Program-made: the position numbers and the translations under genes
Part shown: positions 27,274-40,964 of the stretch, in pieces
Position numbering within the stretch: position 1 is the stretch's first letter
Layout of the letters: each line of letters starts with the position of its first letter
The notes under the pieces: model-generated
Told to the model about the DNA's origin: nothing
The model's input: the letters and a program-made list of their open reading frames with translations, nothing else
The model's database searches: none
Origin: Squalus acanthias
Taxonomy: Eukaryota
Assembly (NCBI GenBank): GCA_030390025.1
Contig: CM059425.1
Span: forward strand, 176,330,001 to 176,394,000
Direction of reading: 5' to 3'
DNA: 64,000 nt

Positions 27274-30200
27274 GTGAAAAGAACATTTGTTGGAGTAACA
27301 TGGAAACTTAAGGTTGTGGGTAAATTTAGTGATTTTTTTGATAAAGACAAAGATGAAATAATTTATGTAATTTTAGCTGTATGTATGTATATGGGTGAGT
27401 GGGTAACATGGCTGGTTAAGCACTCGGGGTGGGGGGGGGGGGAGGAGGAATCAGGCATTTAGTTGATTAGTTTTGTTGTGGTTACTCCCTGTTCACTAAC
27501 TGTGTTTCTGAATGGATTTTTTAATACACATATAGTGGTTTATGATTCATTGTGATTCTCCAATGGTTTGTTTTAAGTAAATAGGACATTTGAGTAATTT
27601 GAGTCAATTAACATGCTTTACACCCTACAAACGTTTCCCAAGCCCTACCTACATTTTTTGCTCTATGGTCATGCACTACATGTGCAAGACTTTTAGGGGC
27701 CCCAGTTACATTACAACTGTAGAGTCAGTGCAGGGCTAGAATTGTAGTGTAAATACACCCTAAATTAGAGAGGAAAGAACCTGGAATATGTTACAAGACT
27801 GTGTAATACATCCATGGGCTATGATGATGTCATGAACTGCTACAATGAAGCCAGAAACATAAATAAACGTGTTTTAACATAGAAATGCAATGATTTCCCT
27901 TTTTCCATGTTCAGTTTTGTAGTTCCCATTTTTTGTGTTTTATTTTACCAGCAGAGATTCATGGAGGACATTAACAGACATATGCCTGCTGCTTGTGTAA
28001 CAGGTCATTGAGTTAGAAGTAATATTGCATATAGTGCAACTGCTGGGAGTGTGAGGGGCCTTATGCCGCCCCCACCACCAACTCCTTATTCGTGGTTGTG
28101 TTTCTGGTATTCTACCACATGATTAAGTCAAACATTATATTATTTATTGTACTATCAGGTATAAGGGATACAAAAGTTGTTCTATAATATCTAAAAGAGT
28201 ATATGCGCTATACATAACCACTCTTAATCTCAGTTTCTTCTCACTCTTTACCCTGTTCATGTTGCTCTAGATTTTGCTGACTGCAGCTTCTAAAGTATGT
28301 TTCTTGCTGAGCCTTCAGGCGTTAATCCTGAATAAAAGGGCAGCGAGAGATGGCTTGGAGCTGGGATTTTCTAACCTGCACTTATCACTCATCTCTCAAA
28401 AAGTCGTCGTCCTTTTGCAGGAAAATCCGGTGTAGGAAAAGTAATGACAAAATGAGATTATAGTCTACGTGAGAGTTTAAATCAGGGGGCATTTAAAAAA
28501 AAAAGAAACCCCATCCAAATGATTGTGATTCATCATTGTTAGACAGTGGCCCAGTAACACTACACACGACCCTTCCTTGCCCTGTAACTCCAGCTGAGGG
28601 TCACCCATTCACTCCTGAGCCCCATTCATTGTCCTTTCATTGTCCCCAGGATCGAGGTGGAACTATTTAAACTAGTCGCCAACCCAAAAGCCGTTATGAT
28701 TTGCTGTATTCCCCTCCTCCCTGAGCTTGTCCCACGTTCCCATAAAATACGGCGGGTCAACGTGCATTTATCTGAGTCACTGAGGAAAAACTGCACGTAA
28801 AACAATTTCTGTGGCTTTAAATTTCACATCCCCAATTGATTTACTGAAAATTTGCGCCCACATTTCTTGAAACAAGCCCTCAATTTTAATCAGAGATGCT
28901 GAAGATAAAACATGTTTTGCAATGTTGCGGTGTAATGTTTTTCCACCACCGGTAATTAGAATGGGCCCTGTTTACTTTTTGGCTCGAAAAAACGGAATTT
29001 ATTGCCGATGGTCCAGTCCATCGGAAGTTATTGTGGAGTCTGGTGCCATCTAGCGCTGGAGGTAGTCATTTGTTACAACAAAGGCACGTTGATCAGAGGC
29101 ACAATGTTACCATCAGAAGCTTCTGTCCTCCACCAATCACAATTTAGATACCAGATACCGTTAACAGGTATTGCATTCTTTAAACATTTAGTGGCAGTTA
29201 AATAAGGAACACGAACATGAGAATGTGCTGATCTATTGTACCTGTTTACTGAAACAGATTCATAACATTTTTGGACTGATGTCCACTTCTATATCTTGTC
29301 TTGCACCTTGATGTGACATGTGAAACATAGATTATAATCGTCTGAGTTTTCGAAATACAGAAAGAAACTAATTCAATAAGCGAAATAAATAAAGCATCTG
29401 AAGAACAACTAAAATAGAGAAATGTCTTGCGAGTGGTTTAAAACACAGAAAGGCACTTTCAAAATAACAACTAGTTTCATTAGTTGAGATCCACCATAAC
29501 GAGGATTGTAATAGTTCACCAATAAAATGTCTTAAATTAGCACAATAATGCACTTAATTACGCAGCTACTTCTAAAAGATTGGTTAATATTGAATAAATG
29601 TGTATATTTAGAAAAAAACACCTACATACTATTAGACTGCGTTACTTAAATAATTAACCGTAATATGTTTAGTGGACTTCAAATTGGTAAAATATAATTT
29701 ACCAGTGAAGACTGCGGCGCTAAGATTCAATATTAAAAACACTACTGCATCTGTGGCTCCGCCATAACATAGAGAGGGTTTCCTGCTGAAATTAATTATT
29801 CATTATCACTCATTGCAAAAACTTAAAAGCAACTAACAGCTGGTGACGAACCTTACTGGAGACGCTGAATAGTATTTCAGGAAATCGGATACAGGTGGAG
29901 AATTCAATTACTTAATGAAACCTATCTGGTCTCAGGGCTTTGCTGATTCTTTTCCAAAGCCCTGTTGCAGATCAATTGCTATGCGTTGCATCGCACACTG
30001 AATGAAACTGTAAATCTTTCCTGTCATCATTCGCTCAGCAGTTTTAAATCGAAAACGGTAGTATTTTCAACAGAGTGGAGACAAGACACGGTGAACCCAA
30101 GATGAGCTATATTATATATGAATCGGCAATTACCTTTTGATTGTGAAATCAACCAATCTACAGAGCGGGTCATAGCGCAGTGCGTCTTATTTTAATCTTA

Positions 30201-31169
30201 TAGGAAATTCAAAAACTGGAAATTATATGAAAGATCAAAATAATGTCACACGCCCAATAGGAATGTTGTTTGGTACAGTGTATGTGACACATTTTAACTT
30301 CCAACATAATAATCAATAGACCTTACATGTAAAAGCCCATGAGCCAAATTAACTTCTAGTTAGATACCAAAATCTATATTAACAGTTCAATCATGCAATC
30401 TGATAATGTTTGACTTGGAGCGGTGTCTATTTTAGGTAATAAGGTAGCTATTGTGTTACAGTTTTTATTCTTCGAAATGACTTGCACATACAGCAATTAT
30501 ACAACTCCGAAACTAAACCCACTCTACGCACCCATTCATAAAGTCTGGTTCCTCGCCCAATTTTTAAGAGAGACTGTTTCTCAGCAAAAAAAACTTCACT
30601 AATTTCATGCGATATATCAGATGAATTTGAAATGTTTATGTAGCGCTTTTATTTTCCCCAGTCATTTCATCCAGATCCTGTTGTTTTCTGCAGGAATCGG
30701 TAATGTTTCCCGACGAAGAAAGGGCAGGATGACGGTTGCAGTCGTTTACCAGACTCTTCTCTCCTTTGGACTGCCATGAAGCCTTTGTTGTTGCAATTGA
30801 GGATGATACATTTTCTGAAGCCGGCCCGATCATCAGCCTGTATCGAAGTAATTTTGCAGAAAAATATGTTCCTGGATCTCTTCACAATCTATAATAAATG
30901 AGAGCGGGCCAGTCCCTTCCCTCTTTTGAAAGTCACTAATTAATAATCATATATATATATACTTATCTTTTGAGAGCTAATATATTTAACTTCAGTGATC
31001 TATTTATTGAGGCTCAAAGTTCCACGTCAACCCATTGCAGAGAAGTCACCAGTTTGAATGAATAGGTGAAATGGGCACTTGCCCAGCAGAGGCCACGCGG
31101 CAGCTTTAACAGCACAATTCCACCCAGGTCCCACAGGAGCGCGCGCTTCTTTTTCCTCCACATTACGTC

Positions 31170-32078
31170 ATGCCGATTGTTTTGGTTCGTCCGACCAATC
31201 GGACGCGCTGCCTGGATTCTACGGGAGCCGGAATAGGCCCGTCTTCGCGCCAGGATTTCCCCATCCGTACCATAACGCATTGCGCAGGGTGCACAGCCCG
31301 TTCCTGCGGCTTTAACAGCTCTGACATGGAAACCCCATTGCAGTTCCACGATTTTATCCAGGAGCAGCAGCATCACCACAACAACCAGCACCAGTACCAA
31401 GACGACCAGCAGGACGAATGGATCAGATGCAACTGCCCGCATGTCACTGCTGCTGGGGATAACCTGCTTCTACGTAATTTTTCACCAGTCACTTTCAGGA
31501 CCAATTCTCCCCTTTCCTCCTCCTCCAGGCAAGGCAGTCAACTAAACGTGAGCGAGTTTTCGCCTTCCTCCGCCAGCCATGCCAGCTCTTCGAGACAGTA
31601 TCACCAATACCACCATCATCACTCCCGACAGCCCAGCCCCGCCAGCAATCGCAGGGAAAGCAATCCCTTCACCGAAATAGCCATGAGCAGCTGCAGGTAC
31701 AACGGCGGCGTGATGCGGCCGCTCAGCAACTTGAGTTCGTCCAGGAGGAACCTACACGAACTGGACTCGGAATCGCAGCCTCTTCAGCCCATCTTCACCA
31801 CTGTCGCCCCGGAGATCGTGGTTTCCAAGCCGGAACAAAACAATTCCACAACGGTCGTTTCTTATGGGGGGAGCGGTAGTGCTGGGGGAGGAGGAAACGG
31901 TGGGAATAACAACAAATCGAGCAAAAAGAAAAACAATAACATTGGCTACAAGCTGGGACATAGAAGAGCTTTGTTTGAGAAAAGAAAACGATTGAGCGAC
32001 TATGCCTTGATCTTTGGTATGTTTGGGATTGTAGTGATGGTCATTGAGACTGAACTTGCGTGGGGGGCTTATCAGAAG
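31170..32078 (+). CDS. KCNN2: KCNN2 (SK2/KCa2.2) first coding exon: long N-terminus through S1
   Basis: Translation [12 protein letters not shown]...METPLQF...[37 protein letters not shown]...[47 protein letters not shown] matches vertebrate SK2 as I recall it. In-frame ATGs at 31170, 31326 and 31683. Upstream in-frame TAA at 31107-31109. Donor AAG|GTAAGC at 32078/32079 (909 nt, phase 0). Confidence 0.95.
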
Positions 32079-32256
32079 GTAAGCAAATATGCAGTAACTG
32101 GCATGTACACTGGCGATTTTGGGGGTCTTTTTGGTCCCAGAATTGTATAATGCAGTTGCTTTGTCAGCAACGTGTAGTGCATTTGTACATCTACTTTGTG
32201 GTTTCACTTTAGCAGTAATGAACAATTTGATTTTACCCGTTTACTGTAAAAGTTAA

Positions 32257-32496
<240 letters not shown>

Positions 32497-33740
32497 TAAA
32501 AATAGTAACTGTTTTATCTGACATATATCTGACTTAGGCGGAGGTTAGTAAGTGTATGGATCGATTGTGTGGGATAGCTGGTGATTTCAAAGATATGGTC
32601 AAAGAGCATATCAGTACACTCAGATCCATACTCCAATGCGAATTAAACACAAAGATTCATGAAGAAAAACAGCCGAAGAGATGGAAATGTGGGCGATGGG
32701 AAATTTATCAGTGGAAGTATTTCTATCTAGACGCAGACAAACGCTTATTTTGTATTAACTAGTAATACTATTAAGAGCGCTCGTACTTTAAATTTTGGCT
32801 TTGGAAAGCAATTTCAGTGGTTTCCAACGGTAGACACAACATAGTGGCGATATGTACAGATTATACATTAATCTCAGAATGTTACTCGTTTAAAAGAGAT
32901 TTTAAAGCGATGTTTAAGTAGGAGTTAAGAAGCGGAAAAATGTTGCCATTGATTTCTGACTTCATTCGAATCGCCTCGGAAGTGGTGAGATTGTGCAAGC
33001 CGGTGCTCGTGCTCTCAAAACCTCCAAAATTTCTAGTACTAAAAACAATCACATTAGAACAAAAATAAACTACATTTGAAGCTAAGCAGTATCATATACA
33101 TGTTGCAAAGACAGCTGCGATTCGACAAATAGAAGTTAAACATTGGTATGTGCTGTATAAAACATCTACACATTGCAGAATTATGTAATAATAGATAACC
33201 AGTGTCCATTATTTGAACAAATTATGCCAAGCATGCACTTCAAAATCCCGCTTTCTCAAATAACATGATTCAAGCATCTTCCATTCATAATTTCCAGATA
33301 AGCATATTTCAGGTAGTGTTGTAAAAGAGTTGAATTACAGCCACTGCAGCTATTGTATTGCTTTACTTTTTTAATCTACAGGTGGGGATGTCTTTTCATA
33401 TTAATAAATTGCAATTGTCTAACGGTATCTGTGATTACTTAACCAAACTAAGCAAAAGGAGCGCGACTGATGAATCAAGTGTTCTGTTTACATGATGCTT
33501 AAATGATTCATAGAAGACTTTTTGTTCAAACAGTAAGGTGTTTCAGAATTATTTTTTCTAAACCTTTCGGAGATATGTATAAATGTTGATAGGCATTGGT
33601 TTGTTTCCGATTGACAACGTTGTTTTGATAAAAGTAAATTTTGTATGATGTGCAAGGAAGCAAATTGGTCGAGCAATACATCTACATTTCCTCAATGATG
33701 GTGGTTTGCTTCTAAACCATCTTTCTGTTTGTGAAAAAGA

Positions 33741-34007
33741 GTACTGTTCTGTATAAAAACAGAAAATGCTGGAAATACTCAGCAGGTCAGGCAGCATCTG
33801 TGAAGAGAGAAACAGAGTTACCGTTTCAGGTCGATGACCCTTCGTCAGAACTCACTAAGTTCTGATGAAGGGTTATCGACCTGAAACGTTAACTCTGTTT
33901 CTCTCGCCACAGATGCTGCCTGACCTGCTGAGTGTTTCCAGCATTTTCTGTTTTTATTTCAGATTTCCAGCATCCGCAGTATTTTGCTTTTGTACTGTTC
34001 TGCATAA
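33741..34007 (+). mobile_element. Penelope-type fold-back insertion with hammerhead cores and TSD
   Basis: 100-bp inverted arms at 33753-33852 and 33858-33957 (about 6 mismatches, 5-nt loop). TSD GTACTGTTCTG(T/C)ATAA at 33741-33756 and 33992-34007. Confidence 0.85.
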
Positions 34008-35099
34008 TCCATTGATAGGTATCACATGGAACAATACAAGATGCTAGACTTTGTTTCGGTACAAGCGATACTAAATAAAATAACCTTTCTTTAACTTTGA
34101 ACATGCAACCATTTCCTAATGAAAAACCTGTATTTTAGTTACAATTTATAAATTCAGAAGCAACTAGTTAGTAAATAGGTTTTACAAGCAGCACCGTCAA
34201 TATCTAGATTTCTGCATTAATGACTTCACGAAGTTGAGATTTTAAATAAAATTCCAAAAGTGTGCCTTTACATTGAAACTAAGTGTAGGGTTATAAAATG
34301 TAAGGAGCATGCGCGTTAGAACTATAAATGACCTTTCGTAATATTCAGAATATGAAGCAGAAAGTATTTAATAGAGTGAGATTATCCCAGACAATTATAT
34401 TATTTATTATTGAACAGACATGTTGTTACGGATATATATGGAATCAATGTTCGTGTTCAACTGTTAGATTGCTTTGAGTAGACCTGACAACTAGATAAAT
34501 GCACTGGCTTGGGAGGGGAAGGAGGCTCCTAAAAGTGCAATAAAGAATATATCAAGGTGAAAGGGGCGAGGGCAAGTGCAGTTCACAACATTGGCGCTGT
34601 CTTCAACCAAACTATTTGCTTTGTGGTTGTGGAATGATGCGTGCTTCTGTTGGACTCCTTCTAACTACAGAAGTTCGATTGTTTTTTTTAAAGACGCGAA
34701 TTAACACCGGCTATTGTGCGTGTAGAGTGTGAGGCGCGTTAGTCTGTTTAATACTCCAGACAACAGCAGGGGAATAAATATCAGGGCCCACTGAAGCTTT
34801 TGTCACATTGTTCCTTTGTATTGTAGTGGTTCAAATGATTAACTTACCATCAAATGCATTCTCTAGTGGTTATTATGACCAATATATGCCGTCGCCCACA
34901 GCGCGGGACAGCAGCACCCCCTGAGCGGGGAGAACTCCAGGCCCCCGAAACGGAGGTTGAGTGAAGCACTGGCGAGGTGGGCGGGGGCGCCCATCAAGGT
35001 ACCAACATTACACAGTTTCTACCCGGGGCAACTATTCAAGAACTGTCCCTTAAAGAGAGCGGCACTAACCTGAGATAATTTGGTAGGAGGGGAGTGAAC

Positions 35100-35337
35100 A
35101 CTAATATAAAGAGGCAAAATATGGCGGATGCTGGAAATCTGAAATATAACCAGAAAATGCTGCAAATACTCAGCAGGTCAGCCAGCATCTGTGGAGAGAG
35201 AAACAGAGTTAACGTTTCAGGTCAGTGACCTTTCATCAAAACTCACGAAAGGTCTGATGAAAGGTCGGTGACCTGAAACGTGAACTGTGTTTCTCTCTCC
35301 ACAGATGCTGCCTGACCTGTCGACTAATCTAAAGAGG
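35100..35337 (-). mobile_element. Second Penelope-type fold-back insertion with TSD
   Basis: Full arm on the minus strand plus a shorter inverted arm at 35252-35319. TSD ACTAAT(A/C)TAAAGAGG at 35100-35114 and 35323-35337. Confidence 0.8.
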
Positions 35338-35577
35338 TCTGACCGGAGATTCGCGTACTCTAATTCCGCCATCCCTCCCGGTGTCCGAGTCCAGTCCCAC
35401 CTTGAGCAAGCCTGACCCATATGGGTGGGAACTGCAGTACTGGGGGAGGAACTTGTCTTCCAGCGGGTATCTCGGGAAAGGGCTTCAATGTTCCAGGAAC
35501 TGGGAGGGTGGGTTGACTCGGGGATATCATACTGGGCTAGTAACACAGCGAATGCGAATTCTAACTCCACCAATAAG

Positions 35578-35916
35578 GGTCATAGATTTATACAGCACAG
35601 AAAGAGGCCCTTCGGCCCATCGTGTCCGCGCCGGCCATCAAGCCCTATCTATTCTAATCCCATTTTCCAGCACTTGGTCCTTAACCTTGTATGCTATGGC
35701 ATTTCAAGTGCTCATCTAAATGCTTCTTGAATGTTGTGAGGGTTCCTGCCTCTCCCACCCTTTCAGGCAGTGTGTTCCAGATTCCAACCACCCTCTGGGT
35801 GAAAAAGTTTTTCCTCAAATCCCCTCTAAACCTCCTGCCCCTTACCTTCAAACTATGCCCCCTGGTTATTGACCCCTCTACTAAGGGGAAAAGCTCCTTT
35901 CTATCTACCCTATCAG
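35578..35916 (-). mobile_element. CR1 LINE 3' end fragment
   Basis: DRVDRKELFP...RGHSLK...FFTQRVVGIWNTLP in ORF 35681-35971, followed by the CR1 3'UTR. Confidence 0.9.
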
Positions 35917-37507
35917 GCTGGCCAACTCCACTGTGGCAAGTTGTGAAATTTAGTTCAAACAATATGGTCAATTTTGGGCTAGCACCAGAAAATGACCATA
36001 AATACTATTGGATTGTCATAAAAAAAACAACTTGCTCACTAATATCCTTTAGACAGGGGAACCTGCCACCCCGTACCTGGTCTGTGGTTACATTATGTGG
36101 TTGACTCTTAATGCTCTTAAGGCAACTAAGGATGGGGAATCAATACTGCCTTACTAGTCTGTTGGAGCGGTCAGAAATAATAACATTCCCAGCCAAGCAG
36201 CCGGTAACTTCACCGAAAGACCAGAAATGTGCTTTTACTCCCCCTGGAAGTAAATGAGCTTGGGTAACAAAGCAGTCTTAGTTACTGAAATGAATCTCCT
36301 CCCCACAGGGGCTGGGCTGAGAAAAGATTAAATAAATTACTCCCGTGAAGTCTTCCTAGCATTTTGAGATTGAAGTGGTTGTACCCATTTATTGCACATT
36401 CCCAAGTCACACTGTGCCATCAGATTGTAGCTTGTCCAAGTCAGAGAACCCCAGTGCTGGGGACTTTGTCCCTGCGGCTTTGCCCATCCTTCAGGTAGGT
36501 TTATTTGCACTAAATCGTAAATAACTGAAGAGCTTTTCAATATGAATCAGAGCCTCTTTCAAACATTCAAATGTTATAATGATTAGGATTAATGTTAAAA
36601 ATTTTCAGTCCATTTCTGCTTTGGTTTTGAATATTCTTGTTTGAGCATTGGGCATTGTTCAGATTTTGAGGGATTCATTTGGAAGAGTTGGTACCTGCGG
36701 ATGCAAGATAGCTAAATTAATAGGGACTTCACTTTTCACACTTTGTGCTCGCTCAACCCCATCATCCAGTGGAGCTCAGTAGCTCCTCAGATGGTGCCCC
36801 CAAGAAACCAATTTCCCTGTGCTCCAGAGCAAAATCCTAACGCATTTTTTATAAATGCCATTTTTTTGCACATAGCACACAAAAGGAAATTTTCCAACCA
36901 GCATCCTTCACTGTTTAAAATATTTAAAACAAATCAATAGAATGACAGAGAGTGAAAGTGGTTCAGAGTTAATCACAATTCATTGGAGGTTTTGATTTTA
37001 AAAGTGACATTCTCTTTAATGTGAATTTTCTGATGGGTGATCTTTTGGCACCAGCATTTAAATACCAAATTGCAGCACACAGGCTCTAACCTAATTTTAA
37101 GCTGCCTTAAGCCTTCACACTAAAAAATTGCTGAAAATGTCTCATTTGTTTACAGTGCAGATTCATCCTGAAGTTCAACAACATTGAACTATAAAGCATT
37201 TGAATTTTGCTATGAGAATTGGTGCTGGGTATCATCCAGATCCATCTCAAAGGGAAACCTGGCCAGTACTGATAGAGATATATCTCAGTCTAAACTAATG
37301 GTGGGCTGGCAGCTGAAACTTCTCTCCCTGTTCTTCCAAAAGCACCATCTCTCTGTACTAACTGCTTTAATTAACTTTTCCGCTCAATGATACATGGACA
37401 TGCTTGCCTCTTACAGATACAGAACATCTGACATATGCTGCATGCACATGCAATTAATTTCTTTAAAAAAAAACTTTTATTTAAAAACACACCTGTAGTT
37501 TTCCATG

Positions 37508-37950
37508 GTGTCAGCCATGGCTCAATGATAGCACTCTCGACTCTAAGTCAGAAGATCATGGGGTCAAGTCCCACTCCAGACACTTGAGCACAAAATCTAG
37601 GCTGACACTTCCAGCTCTGCACTGTCAGACGTGCCGTCTTGCGAATGAGAGTTTAAACTGAGGCCCCGTCTGCCCTCTCAGGTGGACGTAAAAGACCCCA
37701 TAGCACTATTTCAAAGAAGAGCAGTTGCCCTCGGTGTCCGATATCAATATTTATCTCTCAACCAACATAACTAAAACAGGTTATCTGATCATTATCACAC
37801 GTTTGTGGGTCCTTGCTGTGCACAAATTGGCTGCCGCATTTCCTACATTACAACAGTGACTACACTTCAAAAGTATTTAGTTGGCTGTAAATCACTTTAA
37901 CACGTCCTGAGGCCATGAAAGGCGCTATATAAATGCAAGTTATTTCTTTA
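37508..37950 (+). mobile_element. tRNA-derived Deu-domain SINE (SacSINE1/DeuSINE-like)
   Basis: tRNA-like head (TGGCTCAATG...GGTCAAGTCCC). Deu-like core CTTGCTGTGCACAAATTGGCTGCCGCATTTCC. Tail GGCGCTATATAAATGCAAG. Family name is from memory of these motifs. Confidence 0.75.
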
Positions 37951-37983
37951 CATGCCTTCATAAATATATTCCTTGAGTAGTAA

Positions 37984-38345
37984 GGGGTACAGTAACATTG
38001 TGGTTATGTTACTGGACTAGTAATCCAGAGGCCTGGACTAATGATCTCAAAGACATAAGTTCAAATCCCACCACGGCAACTGAATTTAAATTCAGTAAAT
38101 AAATCTGGAATTTAAAAAAAGACCATGAAACTACCGGATTGTCGTAAAAACCCATCTGGTTCACTAATGTCCTTTAGGGAAGGAAATCTGCCGTCCTTAC
38201 CTGGTCTGGCCAAATGTGACTCCAGATCCACAGCAATGCAGTTGACTCTTAACTGCCCTCTGAAATGGCAGCTGACCACCACCTTCACAAGGGCAATTCG
38301 GGATGGGCAATAAATGCTGACGTTGCATGAATGATTAAAAAAAAT
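37984..38345 (+). mobile_element. tRNA-headed SINE sharing both ends with LINE family X
   Basis: Head and body colinear with 2548-2853, B box GTTCAAATCC at 38059-38068. Joined at GGC (~38267-38269) to the LINE X 3' end (AGCT.ACCACCACCTTC...GGGCAATT). Confidence 0.85.
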
Positions 38346-40964
38346 TTTTTAAAGAGCGAAGCCATACAGACCAGGGTTCCAGGTGAGATGTCCAATCTGT
38401 GCTGAATGAGCTCATCTCAATTGAAGCAGCAGGAATCTCACATTGGTCTCAGTCTCTCTGGGTTCGGGATGGGAACATTGGCCTGCATCTGACCACTGAA
38501 TGTATGGGCCTGAGGGTGTAGACAAGAATATGGGCAGCTGTAATGTCTTTACCTCCACATTTGAACAGCTTGTTGTCACTCACTGACAGGGCTCACTCGC
38601 GAATAATGACCACTTGGCTGGGGTACCATAGAGCACTGTGGAACTGTACTCAAGCAAGGAGTTGACAGCTTTGGTAGACAAAGCAATGGGAGAACATCGG
38701 TATGGCGCTCCCAACAGTATAAATAGAAGTTCACTCATGCTATTCAGGACTGGAGTATGGAGTCTGGATTGTGGCCAGATTCCCCTCATGTCAGTTGAGA
38801 TGTATCAATTGTTAGGTGAGCCATTGGTTGTGGGGGTGCAGTTTGTAATTCACACTTGATCCGATGATTACAACGGCACTGACTGTATAGAATTGGTTGG
38901 CAAACAGTGCTTTCAGTGGTATACTGTGCTTTCAAGTATATGTCATGCAGTGTCGTCTTCCACAGGCATGAACAAATTTATTTCTCAAATTAGGATTCTT
39001 ACATATTAGAGCGGGGGATTGCACTTGGTTACAGGGAGCGATTAATATCGATTTTTTTTCTTGTCCAGTTTTCTTTGCAACATAATCATTAGTAACAATT
39101 GCAGAACAGGATCGTTGCTACTTCCAAATACACGGGAGAGGAAGGCATCTGTCGCTGGATACGCACATTTCAGCATGTCTTAACTGAATTCTGAACAATC
39201 TGAAGCATGAAGCACTTTCAGTTCATAATTGATGGGTAGTCAAAATAAATAATTTGGGCGTATTGACATACACGGCAACACCAATAAATAAATTAAGATA
39301 GGATTATATATTTGGATATTACATTCATTATGAAATGGGTTATTAGAGCGAGGAGATAAGGTGACATGTTGTGCCAAACGGCCTTAGTTTGACTCCTCGC
39401 TTCTCGTTACTGGAATAGATGCAAATCCTTTGAGCGTTGAAGACCGAGCCTCCAACCGATAACCACCGCACCCACCTACATTGCTAAACGATTTTGCCGT
39501 AAGACGCTTTAGGAGTGGGGACATTAGTGATGTAAGCCGTCTATGTCCAATAGACACAACCGGCTTCATTGGGTGTTGGTGAAAGGTTAGTGGCGAGGGG
39601 AACACCACCTGGACAAGGAGTGGCGGGAAGGTGATTAAAGACTGAATTCTGAAGTTTCACGACACACAGGACATTTTCCTTTTCATTTCAATCTGTATAA
39701 AATTAACGAAAGGAATCAATAAGAAACCACTTTAGGTGGTGGGGAATCACACAACAAATAATCAGTGTGATTCCTGTCCTCACACAAACCCGCGCAACAC
39801 AAGACCAATCGCCCGTGCAGTGGACAGAGGTCACAGTAAAATGACGATTGCACTGCAGCTCCAAAGATGTAAGTCTGGAAAATATCAAATTCTTCAACTG
39901 GAAGAAATATCTGGAAAACCTTTATTTTTTTATATGTAACTCACATATTTTATATATACATAATATGGAAAGGCGATGAGCGATTCTCAATATTTTGGAT
40001 GTTCAACATACTCCGTCCCGAATCTTGTCACCATGAGGATGATTTGTAATTAGATCTCTGCGTTATATTGACAAATATTCCTCGCTCAGTGCTATGAATT
40101 TAGAGCCTCTTTGAAGCTGTCTGGGCGCATGCTTCATTCCGCAGTGTGTGGGTGGAGGGAGCTGGCGGCTGTAGACTTGTTTTTTGTTCTGTTGCCAAAC
40201 GAAAAAAAAAAGTCAAGTTTTTCCCCTGAGAAAGCTATTTAGGTGCATTGAAGGTTGCCTGGCAATCTAAGTACTTTGATCTCATTGTGAAATATTGCAG
40301 GAATATTATACAGCAAACGGTCTGCCGTCTACATAAGTATTTGTCTTTGGCTGCAGCTATACTGTGTTATATTCTGAAAGCAGTAGCTACAGAATCGGTC
40401 CGCAATGGACAACACCATACTTATACTGCCTGACTGAGTGGACTCTGCCCACCAGGAGAGAATTCTGCGCTCACAAGCTCACAGGCAGGCAGACACAGAG
40501 CTCTCTTCCCGATTTTGAGGGCATTGCCAGGAGTGTCTGTTTCTCTAAGAATTAAGAAAAAACTTTCTGAAGTTTCCAGGAGGTCCAAAAGACCCTCTAA
40601 ATACGTTTCTTAAACCTAGCTTGACACCAGAAAGTAGTTGCAATCCACATAATGCCAACCCCACATGGTGTAGGATGGCCGTACTCCGGGGTCTCAGATC
40701 TAGTGTTCTGTGGTCCAGTTGGGATCTAATTCCAAAGTTACATTCTGATCCCCAAGTGGAACCCACTTTGCAGTGACACAAAGTGGCAGTATAGCTGCAC
40801 CTTTTAAGTCTTATTATTTTATGAAAGAAATATCAAAATAATTTTGCCACAGGTGTCATGGTTCAACTATTTCTTTTTAGAAACATAGAAACATAGAAAC
40901 TATGTTTTTGTAAGTCTACTCTCAGTTAATGGAACTTCCATAAACTAGTGATATTTGAATTTTT

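Noticed and set aside
30650..31140. Upstream KCNN2 exon or acceptor sites (CCCCAG ~30661, CTGCAG ~30692, CCACAG ~31136)
   Set aside because: Splice-like motifs only; no recognisable coding match or transcript evidence is available.
32079..32150. C-terminal part of ORF 31170-32150 (VSKYAVTG...)
   Set aside because: Read-through into the intron beyond the GT donor at 32079; not part of SK2.
31014..32225. Antisense ORFs 31014-31442 and 31752-32225
   Set aside because: Shadows of the KCNN2 coding strand; the hydrophobic run is the reverse of the His/Gln codons.
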